64,000 bases of DNA from the human T2T-CHM13v2.0 reference genome, Homo sapiens, in the NCBI RefSeq assembly GCF_009914755.1, contig NC_060928.1; one strand, written 5' to 3'. This document shows, piece after piece, positions 32,711-49,730 of the stretch. Each line of letters opens with the position of its first letter. Within the stretch, counting starts at the first letter, position 1. The notes under the pieces were generated by a model. The model was not told the origin of the DNA, searched no databases, and saw only the letters and a list, made by a program, of their open reading frames with translations. The position numbers and the translations under genes were made by a program.

Positions 32711-35471
32711 TTAAGTAATCTTCCTAGTATTCACAGAATCTATGCAATGCTGTGAATATCTGGAAGAATGGCTCATTAGAGAATATGTTTGGATATTAAC
32801 TGTCACAAAAGACATATCAGAATCCCTGGGGAAGTGTATGTGTTACTTGATAAAAATGATTTTAAATATTGTGATGAAATATATGAGAAAAGAGTAAAGA
32901 AAGCTATTGCTTTTATAACTAAAATACAATAAAACATAAAACATTATGAAACATTTTTGTCTGGTGGGGATATACAAATTATAGCTCATGATCTTCAGCT
33001 GAGGGGAATGATCATCTAATTAGTCATATCATAATCTTGGGGAAGGGTGGCATGAGTTTTGTTTCATTTTGGGGGTGGGGGCAGTGCATCAGAAAAAAAA
33101 TGATGATATATTTCATTCTTAGCACTTAAGATTTCAAAACAAAATTTTGATGTGCTGACTTTCTCAGCTTGAAATTGAGGTTTGAATTCTATTGACTTTC
33201 TACTAAAGCAAGGTCTTTTACCACGTATTTTCGTTAGATTAGAAAAACAGAAAGAACTCAGGACTAATGCATATTGGCTTTCAGAAGTTCTTTCTCCAAC
33301 ACTTCCCCTTTCATCCTACAAACATGTTCAAAGTAGAAATTTTGTCCACAAAAGAACACACAACTTTTTAAGTCAAATTTGACCCTACTTTTTCTTTATG
33401 ACCATCCAACTTATTCCCTGGATACAGAATTAAAAACAGTGAAACTCCCATTAGTTTTTACATTCATTAGTGATAACATCTAAGATTTCAGATTTTCCTT
33501 TAACTGGGAAATTTTCAGACTGCTCCACAGAAAAAGTATACAAGGTCAATGAGCTCCTCATTAAAGAAGCTGAGCCTTGGGAAGGTGTGCAGAGGCATTC
33601 TTCCAAAGATGATATTGTCACTACCTCACATGGAGTTCCACTTTTATAAATAAAAAAAGCCTAACTTGAGTAAGTCAGGTCATTTTAAAACCCATCTCCC
33701 AATTCAACAGGCCACATCATATGAAGACATATGTATGGTGCACAAATGTACTGAAATGTACTGAAAGAGATTTTTCCAAGGGTACCTTAATAAGTCTAAA
33801 AATGAACAGAAAAATTGTCTGAAAATGGCTTTGCCTTTTTTGAACAATAAATACTGGGTGAGTTGATTCTGTCTGTATTCGAAACTGGAACATAATCTCC
33901 AAATATCAAAAGTCTAACTCATTACCTAGCACTAAGAAAATATTTAATAAACATTTGTTAGATGAAAAAATGAATGAATCCATCAAAAAATATATTATAT
34001 GCCCTCTAACCTTCTTCCTTAGCACTCAACTGGAATATTTGATGCTATGTGTTATCTACTGTTTATTCCTTAATTTGATAGATGATGAAATTGAAAATTA
34101 CAACTGTGACTCATATCAATGGCTATACTTTGAATAGCCCATGTTTTTCCTTGTTCCTTGTCTTCAAATTGTTATAGCTTGGATACTGTTAAATGTTAAT
34201 GAATAATGCTCTTGAAGACTAAATGGAAGGATACTCTCTTCTGTGGTCATAATTTGGCTCCTACCATGTTTTTCCACATTCAAAGAGAGATAATGGCCAA
34301 GAATGTTCAATAACTGATGGAAGACGTGAACTCCTAGATTATAGAAGCACAGTGAGTTTAGAGGAAAATAAATAAAAGTGAGTCAAAACAGTAGAGAAGC
34401 TGGAAAACATTAAAGTTAGGTACAAAAAATTACAAAATCAATGAGAGAAAAGGCAGAATACTTAAAACAAACTTCTCATTAGCAACATTAGAGGCCAAAG
34501 GACAATGGAATACTAACTTCCAAGAATTAAACCATCAGTTAAGAAGGGAAATAAAGATATTTTTAGACACACACTGAGATAATTTTCCACACAGATATTC
34601 ACTATAAAAAAACTACTAAAAGGTATACATTAGTAAAAAGCAATTAAATATAAGAAAAAGAGTGGATTGTTTTAAGCAATGTAAACAAACAAATTGGCAA
34701 GTATGATAAAATATTTAAAATAAGAATTGCCTTTTAAAAAATCAATAGTTAAAATTGGAAATAAGTTTAAAACAAGGAAGGATAAAAACGCCAGAAAATA
34801 ATAACATGGAATATGAGAGTTGGAGACTAAAGTTAAAACAATATAAATGGTCTTCCATCGTTTGAAAAAGTATATCTGGATGTTAATTTTATAATTTGTT
34901 AGAGCAAATATATATTTTAAAATTTTAGGGAAAACCATGAAAATAACAGAAATATAAGGTATCACATCCAAACCAATAGAGAATGGAAAAAGGAGATTTA
35001 AAACATAATCTAATCTAATTAATAGAAATTTGAAAAATAAAAATAAAAAGCATGATATCTAGAAAATACAAAATAAGATAGCAGCAATAAGGCCTAATAG
35101 ATCAGTAGTTGTAATACATGTAAACAAATTAAACTCAATAATTAAAAAAAAGCTCTGACTGAATTTTTAAAATCCAGTAATAGACTATTTACAAGTGACA
35201 CTGGGTTTTTAAAAGAAGTCCAAGTATATTCACTTCGTAAGATAATATATGTTGACATTGAAAGTTTGAAAATAAAGACATAAAATAAGAATTGTCAGAA
35301 ACAAATGAAATAAAGATGGCAGCCATATTAATACTAGAAAATTATAATTAAAAACAAAAGCATTATTAGAGATGAAAGGGATTCATTGCATGATAAAAAG
35401 AGAAAGCTACCAGAGGAACATAAAAATCCTGAGCCTGTATGCATCTAACACTATAAACTTGAAATCTGTAA

Positions 35472-35474
<3 letters not shown>

Positions 35475-35509
<35 letters not shown>
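35475..35509 (+). repeat. A35 homopolymer
   Basis: Read directly. Confidence 0.95.
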
Positions 35510-35512
<3 letters not shown>

Positions 35513-35999
35513 ACATAATTACAAGTAGAAAAAGACAAACACAAAATATTAGGAGATTTGAGCATATTTTTCTCAGAAATAAAAAATGTAGCAGCCAAAA
35601 GTAGCAAATAACACTCAAAGACCACCACATTTATGTAGAAGAATTATGTATAAAAACATATAAACCTACATATGGAAACCATCCCCCTCAAATCTTTCTA
35701 AGCCACTAAGGAAGTCTCAAAAATTATCAAATAATTTTTAAAAATCCGGACAATTTTCTTTTAGTGCAATTCCATAAAATAAAAATTAATGAAAATAAAA
35801 TACCAAATAATTCATGGATCAAAGAATAAATCAAATTAAAATGATTAAAAATAGTAATAATTGAAGTAGAATAAAAACACTATATATCATGACTTGTGGA
35901 ATACAGCTAAAGTGTTATTTAAAAGATAATTTATAACTTTAAATGTACATTGGAAAAAAGAAAGATTAAAAATTAATGAGAAAGTGCAAATTTAAGAAG

Positions 36000-36344
36000 T
36001 GTATAAGTCTGTTCTCATGCTGCTATAAAGAACTGCCTGAGACTGGGTAATTTATAAAGAAAAGAGGTTTAATTGACTCACAGTTCCACATGGCTGGGGA
36101 AGCTTACAATCATGGTGGAAGGCACCTCTTCACAGGGCAGCAGCAGTAAGAATGAGTGCCAGGAAGGGAAATGCCAGATGCTTATAAAACCATCAGATCT
36201 CCTGAGAACGCACTATCAGGGGAACAGCATGGTGGAAATTGCTCCCGTGATTCAATTACCTACACCTGGTCCTGCCTTTGACATGTGGGGATTATTACAA
36301 TTCAAGATGAGATTTGGGAGGGGACACAGAGACAAACCGTATCA
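36000..36344 (-). mobile_element. MSTA-type MaLR solo LTR
   Basis: tgtataagtctgttctcatgctgctataaagaac...caaaccgtatca; perfect TSD agaag at 35995-35999 and 36345-36349. Confidence 0.9.
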
Positions 36345-36724
36345 AGAAGTAAAAATATCCACTGAAAAGTGAACCTAAAGAATGTATATGAGAAGAAATG
36401 ATCAAAATAGAAGTGGAAATTAATGTAACAGAAGATAAAAAAACAAACTAAACAAAAAGCCAGTTATTTGTTAAGACAAAATAGTGAGACTCTTCCAATG
36501 TGACCAAGGTGGGGGTAGAAGGTGAAGGTAGAGCAGCAGGGAAGAGAATCAGTATTAGGAATGTAAAGAAGGCCACATTTTCAGACAAAAGTAAATATTA
36601 TAACATAAGAAGCTGTTAGAAATAATTTTATGCTAGCAAATTTGAAAATGTGAATTACGTGGATAAATTTGTGGAAAAAGTATAAATGAAAAAAATTTAT
36701 TCAGTAAGAAATTAAAACACTGAC

Positions 36725-37630
36725 GAGGGAGGAGCCAAGATGGCCAAATAGGAACAGCTCCAGTCTACAGCTCCCAGCGTGAGCGACGCAGAAGACGGTG
36801 ATTTCTGCATTTCCATCTGAGGTACCGGGTTCATCTCACTAGGGAGTGCCAGACAGTGGGCGCAGGTCAGTGGGTGCGCGCACCGTGCGCGAGCCGAAGC
36901 AGGGCGAGGCATTGCCTCACTCAGGAAGCGCAAGGGGTCAGGGAGTTCCTTTTCCGAGTCACAGAAAGGGGTGACAGACGGCACCTGGAAAATCGGGTCA
37001 CTCCCACCAGCATATTGCGCTTTTCCGACGGGCTTAAAAAATGGCACACCACGAGATTATAATCCGCACCTGGCTCGGAGGGTCCTACACCCACAGAGTC
37101 TCGCTGATTGCTAGCACAGCAGTCTGAGATCAAACTGCAAGGCCCCAGGAGGGCTGGGGGAGGGGCGCCTGCCATTGCCCAGGCTTGCTTAGGTAAACAA
37201 AGCAGCCTGGAAGCTGGAACTGGGTGGAGCCCACCACAGCTCAAGGAGGCCTGCCTGCCTCTGTAGGCTCCACCTCTGGGGGCAGGGCACAGACAAACAA
37301 AAAGACAGCAGTAACCTCTGCAGACTTAAATGTCCCTGTCTGACAGCTTTGAAGAGAGCAGTGGTTCTCCCAGCATGCAGCTGGAGATCTGAGAACGGGC
37401 AGACTGCCTCCTCAAGTGGGTCCCTCACCCCTGACCCCCGAGCAGCCTAACTGGGAGGCACCCCCCAGCAGGGGCACACTGACACCTCACACGGCAGGGT
37501 ACTCCAACAGACCTGCAGCTGAGGGTCCTGTCCGTTAGAAGGAAAACTAACAAACAGAAAGGACATCCACACCAAAAACCCATCTGTACATCACCATCAT
37601 CAAAGACCAAAAGTAGATAAAACCACAAAG
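36725..37630 (+). promoter_or_regulatory. L1 5'UTR internal sense/antisense promoter
   Basis: CpG-containing 5'UTR; YY1 site caagatggcc at 36736-36745 intact. Confidence 0.8.
36921..37175 (-). CDS. L1 ORF0 (antisense), 84 aa, open
   Basis: MAGAPPPALLGPCSLISDCCASNQRDSVGVGPSEPG... matches the primate L1 ORF0 N-terminus; ATG at 37175-37173. Expression unknown. Confidence 0.7.
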   Translation of the reverse strand: MAGAPPPALLGPCSLISDCCASNQRDSVGVGPSEPGADYNLVVCHFLSPSEKRNMLVGVTRFSRCRLSPLSVTRKRNSLTPCAS

Positions 37631-38646
37631 ATGGGGAAAAAACAGAACAGAAAAACTGGAAACTCTAAAACGCAGAGCGCCTCTCCTCCTCCAAAGGAAC
37701 TCAGTTCCTCACCAGCAACGGAACAAAGCTGGATGGAGAATGACTTTGACGAGCTGAGAGAAGAAGGCTTCAGATGATCAAATTACTCTGAGCTACGGGA
37801 GGACATTCAAACCAAAGGCAAAGAAGTTGAAAACTTTGAAAAAAATTTAGAAGAATGTATAACTAGAATAACCAATACAGAGAAGTGCTTAAAGGAGCTG
37901 ATGGAGCTGAAAACCAAGGCTCGAGAACTACGTGAAGAATGCAGAAGCCTCAGGAGCCGATGTGATCAACTGGAAGAAACGGTATCAGCGGTGGAAGATG
38001 AAATGAATGAAATGAAGTGAGAAGGGAAGTTTAGAGAAAAAAGAATAAAAAGAAATGAGCAAAGCTTCCAAGAACTATGGGACTATGTGAAAAGACCAAA
38101 TCTACGTCTGATTGGTGTACCTGAAAGTGACGGGGAGAATGGAACCAAGTTGGAAAACACTCTGCAGGATATTATCCAGGAGAACTTCCCCAATCTAGCA
38201 AGGCAGGCCAACGTTCAGATTCAGGAAATACAGAGAACGCCACAAAGATACTCCTCGAGAAGAGCAACTCCAAGACATATAATTGTCAGATTCACCAAAG
38301 TTGAAATGAAGGAAAAAATGTTAAGGGCAGCCAGAGAGAAAGGTCGGGTTACCCACAAAGGGAAGCCCATCAGACTAACAGCGGATCTCTCAACAGAAAC
38401 CCTACAAGCCAGAAGAGAGTGGGGGCCAATATTCAACATTCTTAAAGAAAAGAATTTTCAACCCAGAATTTCATATCCAGCCAAACTAAGCTTCATAAGC
38501 GAAGGAGAAATAAAATACTTTACAGACAAGCAAATGCTGAGAGATTTTTCACCACCAGGCCTGCCCTAAAAGAGCTCCTGAAGGAAGCGCTATACATGGA
38601 AAGGAACAACCGGTACCAGCCGCTGCAAAATCATGCCAAAATGTAA
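37631..38646 (+). pseudogene. L1 ORF1p, disrupted
   Basis: ATGGGGAAAAAACAG start; in-frame TGA at 37775 and 38018 (CGA>TGA type); 1-bp deletion near 38547 (1016 nt vs 1017). Confidence 0.93.
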
Positions 38647-38702
38647 AGACCATGGAGACTAGGAAGAAACTACATCAACTAACGAGCAAAATAACCAGCT
38701 AA

Positions 38703-42536
<3,834 letters not shown>

Positions 42537-42754
42537 ACAATGAGATCACATGGACACAGGAAGGGGAATATCACGCTCTGGGGACTGTTGTGGGGTAGGG
42601 GGAGGGGGGAAGGATAGCATTGGGAGATATACCTAATGCTAGATGACGAGTTAGTGGGTGCAGCGCACTAGCATGGCACATGTATACATATGTAACTAAC
42701 CTGCACAATGTGCACATGTACCCTAGAACTTAAAGTATAATAATAAAAAAAAAA

Positions 42755-43214
42755 GTTTATCAAGAGAGTAATATAGTAAAAGTGACATTTTGAAAATGAC
42801 TCTTCTGATAGAAGCATTTAATAAGCTCTTACAACATGCCAAGCACTACACTAAGCATAAACATGTTGCCTCAATGCAAGATGGACTTAGAATGGAGGCC
42901 CAGCTGTGACAAGAATGCACATTTGAGAATCTGGGCCATGTCTGATTGCCTGTCTTGTTTTTGTTGCCCCAAACAAACAAAGAAACAACAAAGGCAGGGA
43001 AAAGTGTAATAGCCAAAGTAATAACTGGCAGCTGCACAAGCCCTCGGTCAGGTTCATGTCATTACAGGAGTCCCTGGTGCCCCACACTTCCTAAAGGCAG
43101 AAGAGCCACAGAATGGCAATGAATATGTGAAGGTGAGCCTGGGTGGTTAGGTCATTTCTTCAGGAAGAAAAGACAGAAATAAAATTAGAACAGGGTGAAA
43201 AAAAAAAAAAAAGA
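42755..43214 (+). other. L1 3' transduced segment with its own poly(A) signal and tail
   Basis: Non-L1 sequence between the L1 poly(A) and a second poly(A) (43198-43212); AATAAA at 43178-43183; 3' TSD at 43215-43232. Confidence 0.9.
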
Positions 43215-45689
43215 AAGAAATTAAACACTGACTAGATCTATTAAAGAAATCACATCAGTCGTACAACTTGCCCTCAAATAAAAGCAAAGGACTCATACAA
43301 TTTCACAGATTTTGCAGGCCTTCCAAGGAAAAAACTTCTATTTATATAAATTGTTTTATGGGCTAGAAAAAGGAACAAGAGCTCTCCAACTTATTTTAGA
43401 AATAATAATATATATTTCATACATAAAATGGATTAGGAAAGTACAAAGAAGAAAATTTATAAGCTATGCTTTATTACAGAAGCAAAAATCCTAAATAACA
43501 TATTAGTCAATGATTCCAGAAATATTTTTTTAAATTAATTATGACCAAAGAAGACTCATTCTGGATCTGAAAGAATGATTTATAATTAAGAAATCTATTA
43601 AGTAATTTAATACATTAACTCATTAAAAGTTATTATTTGTTGTCTCATAAGTGCAGGAAGATTTATTACCTAAAATTCAACAACCATTAATGATTTCAAA
43701 AAACCTTATACTCACAATAAATTAAATTTCCTGAATATGATGAAAGATATCTAACAAAAGCCTAGAGCACAAATACCTTTCAACAGTAAAATGTAAGGAG
43801 CATGCTCTCCAAAATTAAAGGGAAGTATGCTAATTATCATTACTTCTATTTAACATTGTTAAATAGTATTCCAGCCAATGCAATAATAAAAGAAAAAGAA
43901 ATAAAACATGTATGAGAACTTTATGAAGAAAAATATGAATTGTTGTTAAAAGGAGATAAAAGCCTAAATAATAAAAAGATACATCATATACCTGAAATGA
44001 AAAAGTCAATATCACATAGGCCAGATATATCAAAATAAATCTATAAATCTGTGACATTTTCAAAACCTTCCAAATATTTTTAAAGGAAGTTGATAAATTA
44101 ATATTACAATTTGAATAAAAGAATATATGGCCAAGAAATGAAAAAAAATGACAAGGGATAAAGCAGGAGGATCATCATACCACATATCTAAAATCTGATG
44201 ACAATTAATAGCAAATTGTTACAACTCTGTGACAAGGAGCAAGGACAGAAAAGTAGACTAATGACACTGAATACAGCACTTATAAGAAGGCTCATAAATA
44301 CATAGAATTTTGGTAAATATAATAGAGTTGGCATTGCAACTGGAGAATAAGATAGACTACTCAATAAGCAAAAATGAGAAAACAAGTCATCCTTATGGAA
44401 AAAAATAAAATATTTATTTCATACACAATTAAAAAAATAAATTTAATCTGCTTTAAAAGTAAAACTTTAAAACATAAAATGATAGTATCTTTTAATGAGC
44501 CAATAGAAAAAATATGTTTTTAACCAAGAGACAGGCATAAACCTTAGGAGACTGATAAATGTGAGCATATCAATGTTTAAAACTTCAGTTCTGTTCAGTC
44601 TTCTTAGGTTTAAAGAGATTCAAGGAATATTCAAGGAAAATATTCAAGGAAAAAACTTCATTCAAGGAAAAAAAAATGCATGTAATAAACCAAAAGTTGG
44701 ATCTAAAATATATAAAGAACCCATCCAAGGCAAAACTGAAGAAAAAAAAAAAAGAAGGAGAAAGAGAGAAAATCAACAGATAGAAAAGTTGATAATGGTA
44801 TGAACAGGCAATAGAAGAGGAAACCTAAATAGCTAATAAGCATAAAGAATTCAGCCTTAATTACCTGTTATTAATCAATACAAATTAAAACAATCCAATA
44901 GGTATATTTCATACCTATAAGATAGGCAAATTTTTATATCTGGTTAAGATGACAACAAATGGGAAGTGTCTTACATCATTGTTAAGAGTGTAAACTCTTA
45001 CACTCTTAACAATCTCTTTAGCAAATAGTTTTGTAGTATCTAAAAATCATAAAGTGTATATGCCTGTGGTTCCAGTATTTCTACTTCTGGTTTTTCAATT
45101 TATAGAAACCCTTACATATTCTCTCAAGAAGATGTTGACAGGAACATTTATCCCATTTTTTTTGTAACAGCAGTAAAATGGAAACAACCTAAATGCCAAT
45201 TCATTCACTGTGGTGGGCACTTTGAGAATAGATGGAAAACAAAACAAAACTTCTGCCCTCACTGAGTTTACATGCCATGATTCAAGAATTTCAAATACAA
45301 TATCCTACTCTGTTCACCTCCCAATCTTTCTGTAAGTTTACCAAAAGCATACATACATTTTTCCCCAACCTGAGTAAGAATTAAAAGGGTATTATGCCTA
45401 TGGTCTGTCTACTTGTTGCTTAATGAGGTAAAGCATTTTAATACAGTTTAGTGATATGAAAGCCTGAATAACTGCATGGAGTAGTAATGTCATTAGGCTG
45501 TGATGATACTCAATGAGAAAAGTAAAAAGAAATTTGCAGTTGCCATGTGTTATTTGTATAAGCATGCTACCAGAAATGTCACTCTGTTAGTAGACTAATA
45601 AAACATTAATCCCTTAAAAACTGATAAAGAGAAAACCCAAAGGGAAAATGGAGGCTTGCAGTTAAGTGAAAGTAGCCGACAGACTTTCC

Positions 45690-45820
45690 AGAACACAGAT
45701 TTTGACATTAGACAAATCTGGCTTCAGTCCAGGCCCTGCCACACTGTATTATGTGTCAAATCATCTAACTTACTTGAGTTTCATTGTTTCTTTCTATGAA
45801 ATAGAATAATTCCTACCTCA
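45690..45820 (+). mobile_element. MIR fragment
   Basis: agacaaatctggcttcagtccaggccctgccac...ttgagtttcattgtttctttctatgaaat. Confidence 0.55.
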
Positions 45821-46119
45821 GGAATCACCTGTACTAGTTTGGATAGAGCTATCAGTGTGACTGATGTGGAGACTCATACAGATTCCTTTATAGCCTGACA
45901 GGACCCAAACATCTCAGGACCACATGCTTTCTAAGAAACTCTCAAACTTTAGAGTGCAAGAAATACAAAATTTTCAGATTGTCGGTCATCACCTGGATTC
46001 TCACACCATAAAGGTTTCTACATCCCCTAATCTGACTCAATTTTATACTCCTTCTCAAACCTCCAAACTTTTTAAAGTCTGCCATAGGAAAAATCTCTTA
46101 GAGCTTCAAACTCTTTCAT

Positions 46120-46870
46120 AATATTCTCTTTCCACTTTTCTGTTCCACCAAAAATCTGCTTTCCCCTGAGGCCCCTTTCCCAGAATCCCTATTGAGTAGT
46201 GGCTGTTTTCTCTCCCTCACACCTTATGCCAATGGATTACTTATAAAGCTACTTTCTTCTCCTTCTTTGGTATGCCGCAGCTCTTTTGAAGATTCTGTGT
46301 CAGACTATACCACACTCTACCCTCCTTGATACAGTCATTTGCAGACCTTAATATAGACCTCATTCCCTGCAGATTTCAGCAACTGCTCTTTTTCAAACAC
46401 TACTGTCATCATAATTCTTGGTAATTTCAACATTTACACAGGTAATCTTTCCAATATTGTGATTTCTCAACTTCTTGACTTCATCTCCTCTCATGATCAC
46501 ATCCACTAGCCCAACTACCTCATGATTGTAACCTTGTCATTACCAATAATTGTATCCACTGTATAACCTCAATTTTAATCTTCCTAATATCTGACAACTG
46601 CATCCTTTGCTTCCAGTTCACCCCTCTGGTACCTCAATTCAAACAGTTCTATGCACTAACAACTCTAACCTTTAATCCTACAACCCTGCTCATATTCACA
46701 CTTTCTTTTTTCAAACTTAGATTTGATGGTCCATAAACAAAATCATTTCTCTGCATAAAGCCACAGTAGCCATAGTTCCTTACTACTTCAGCCTTGCTTG
46801 ATAAAACCCCAGCAGTGTTTAATTATCTTCATGTTTACTCTGCCCCCACAGTTAAAGACTGACCATGGTT
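46120..46870 (+). mobile_element. L2 ORF2 fragment
   Basis: C/T-rich strand with atcataattcttggtaatttcaacatt (IILGNFNI, L2 endonuclease GDFN-like) and accttgtcattacc. Confidence 0.6.
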
Positions 46871-49690
46871 ACAGTGACTTCTCATTTTGAACTCAGCTGT
46901 TGCTCCAGAAATGTTAGTTCTTCAAAGCAGGTAGGTAGGAGCTGCCAATTTATGTAGGCAGAGTGGCAGCAATGGACTGACTTTTAGTTTAGCATGAATA
47001 TTATATGTCCTGCCACTCCCATCCCCAGTACTCTTGGAAGACTCTAGAACTTGTATTCAACTGAAGGAAACCACCCTGCCTCTGCTTCTGCACCAGCTAA
47101 GTTGATACCTGAGTAAAACCCAGAGGCTCATGCAGGAGCCACTCCAGCTTAGCATGGCACAGGGTCAGTCATTAAAGCCATCCTAAAGAGTCCAATGCTG
47201 TGTGCTCCCTGAATAACCCATCAAGCCAGAGCCACTTCCCTGCAGTAGCTCAGATTAGTAACCCACCTACAGGGACAGTAGCAAGTTCCACCCAGAAATA
47301 TAAAGTTGACAAAGTTGTTTTTCACACTGCCATGGCTCATTTCTCTGTTTTCTGCTTTTTGTCCAGATTACCTCTTTATCAATTGCTATGACAGGAAAAT
47401 AATATGATCTCAGTCTCATTTCCTTTCATCTGAGATTAAATTGATTTTTGAATATAAAGTTCTTTGTCTTTAAATCATTTAGGGTATAAGTAGGCACATG
47501 ATGGGATTTTTTTGCTGGAGAAGTGGTTTCCTCCTCTGGCTATAATGTGCTTGGGCTGGACTTGGGCCTCCTGGATTGACTTTGAATGGATACAGTACAG
47601 AATGGATATTTTTGTTCCTATATCCTTTAGCTTGGCACAATCACTTGGAATGTGACAATCCTCTCAAATAGTACGTTTGACTATTTGTCATTAATTTTAA
47701 TGCTGTAACTATTTGGGGGTGTATTCAGTTTTTTGTTCATTCATTAATCCATATAATCAATCAATATAGATTGAGAATCTGCAATACTCAAGGCTTTGTG
47801 TTGAATGCTGAACCAAACATGAGAAAGAAACAGTCCTTGATTGGTTATCTAGTTACCACAGGAAGGTAAATAATCATTATAATCAGGTACTCTACAGAGG
47901 AATAATTTCAGTGAGGAATATTAGAACTGTTATTTATAAATGAGAGTTTTACCACTCAAAATACCTGAAGCATCCAATAAAAGGATTAAAAAGACATTAT
48001 TATAGTCTTTCTCTGAAAATCTCAAACCATTTATAAATATTTTCACAACATGTACCTGAGATGAGAGGGGAGAAAAAAAACCACATAGAGGTCAATGACT
48101 TATAACCACAGAATTTAAGAGCTGAAAAGCACATCAAAATTCAACTGACCAAGTTTTCCTGGTTTCACCTTACAAATGTAGAAAGCTGGAAAGAGCATTC
48201 TTTCAGCCCTTAAAATAAGAAAAAAAAATCCAGATAAAATGCTAATTAACACCTTTTCTTGAACCCACATGAGAACTGGTCAGGTGCCTGCAGGGAGGAA
48301 CAGGGCCTCAACATTTGCTTACCTGTGGCAGAGGCCACCAGAAAACACATAAGCCACAAAAATGACTCAGTGAGAAATTGTGGAAAACTTGCTTGAGGCC
48401 AAATGTGAGACTAGTGTGAGTGTGAGGTCTCTGGGGGATGCAACTCTAGGGAGCTTTTTAGCCTCTTTCATGGTTTTCCTCCATAATCTCCTCCAGATGT
48501 CTGCAGTGGGGATCAGAGAGCATCCTGAGAAAGCTTCCCAAGTGGCAGCTCAGGGAAGGAAACAGCAGTCCTTGCCCAAACTCGCCAAATCCATCATGCC
48601 CATCTCCCTGGTAGAAAGTCTGAATCTGCAGAGGGAAGTGCAACAAAGACTGTCACCTCAGTACACTGGTTGAAGCCTACGGCATCTAGTGTAATAAAAC
48701 AAAAATACAAAATCTTCTTGAAATACAAGCCCAGTGCTACAGCTAGAGGAGGAGCACTTTGGAACCCCCCAGATGCCCAGTCTCTCCCTTAAACTAAAGC
48801 TTAATCATAACATCAGAAAATGTTTCCCTTCTTATAGCTCCTACCACCATGCTGACAAGTACTGAGCAAAAATAGCGGGAAAATACTTCTGAAAGAACTA
48901 CAGGAGACAAATTTTCTCTGGGAAACATACATTGAGAAAAACTTTATGGTATACAAATCTACACCCTAAACACAAGAAAAACTTGAGCCCTTTGGTGCAC
49001 TGATGGGACCCACAGCAACAGACTTCAAACCCAGCTGAACTGCTGATACTAGTAACATAAACCTCTACATTAAGGGCACAGCAGAAGGAAAGATGTGCTC
49101 ATTTCCAAGCATGAAATATATTTATCTCAGTGTATGCTGTTCTATATATAGATACATGTATATTTTGCTTTTATCAATAAATTAAGAGGCATAGAAAAAG
49201 GCAAAAATAAAACACAGTTTGAAGAGAAAAAACAATCAGGCTCAGACTAGATTGCCATTTTACAAATGTAGAGAAAGAACAACTTAAATCCAAAGCAAGC
49301 AGAAGGAAGGAAATTTTCAAAGTAACTGATTATGACATTATAGGGTAGTAAACAACAAGTAATATAAGATAGGTAATTTCAACAGAGAGATAGAACAGAG
49401 AGATGAAAATGCTAGAAATCAAAAATATAACAAAGATAAAGAATACCTTTAGCAAACTCATCAGTAGACTCAATACAGCTATAAAGAGAATCTGTAAACT
49501 TGAAGATAGGTCAACAGGAGATACCCAAATTGAAATAAAAGGGGTAAAAAGTAAAAGAACAGCATCCAATAGATGTAGCATAATATTTAACAGCCTAACA
49601 TGCACATAATTGGAATTCTAGAAAAAGAAGAGAGGATGATGTGGAAGTAATATATGAACAGGTAATGTATGAGAAGTTTCCAGAATTGAT

Positions 49691-49691
<1 letters not shown>

Positions 49692-49728
<37 letters not shown>
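49692..49728. repeat. (CA)18 microsatellite
   Basis: Read directly. Confidence 0.95.

Positions 49729-49730
<2 letters not shown>

Noticed and set aside
35475-35509. A35 tract as the tail of an unseen retrocopy
   Set aside because: No poly(A) signal, TSD or foreign upstream sequence; it is an expanded A-run within the old L1 ORF2.
42591-42613. G-quadruplex-like G-run
   Set aside because: Standard L1 3'UTR polypurine tract; not locus specific.
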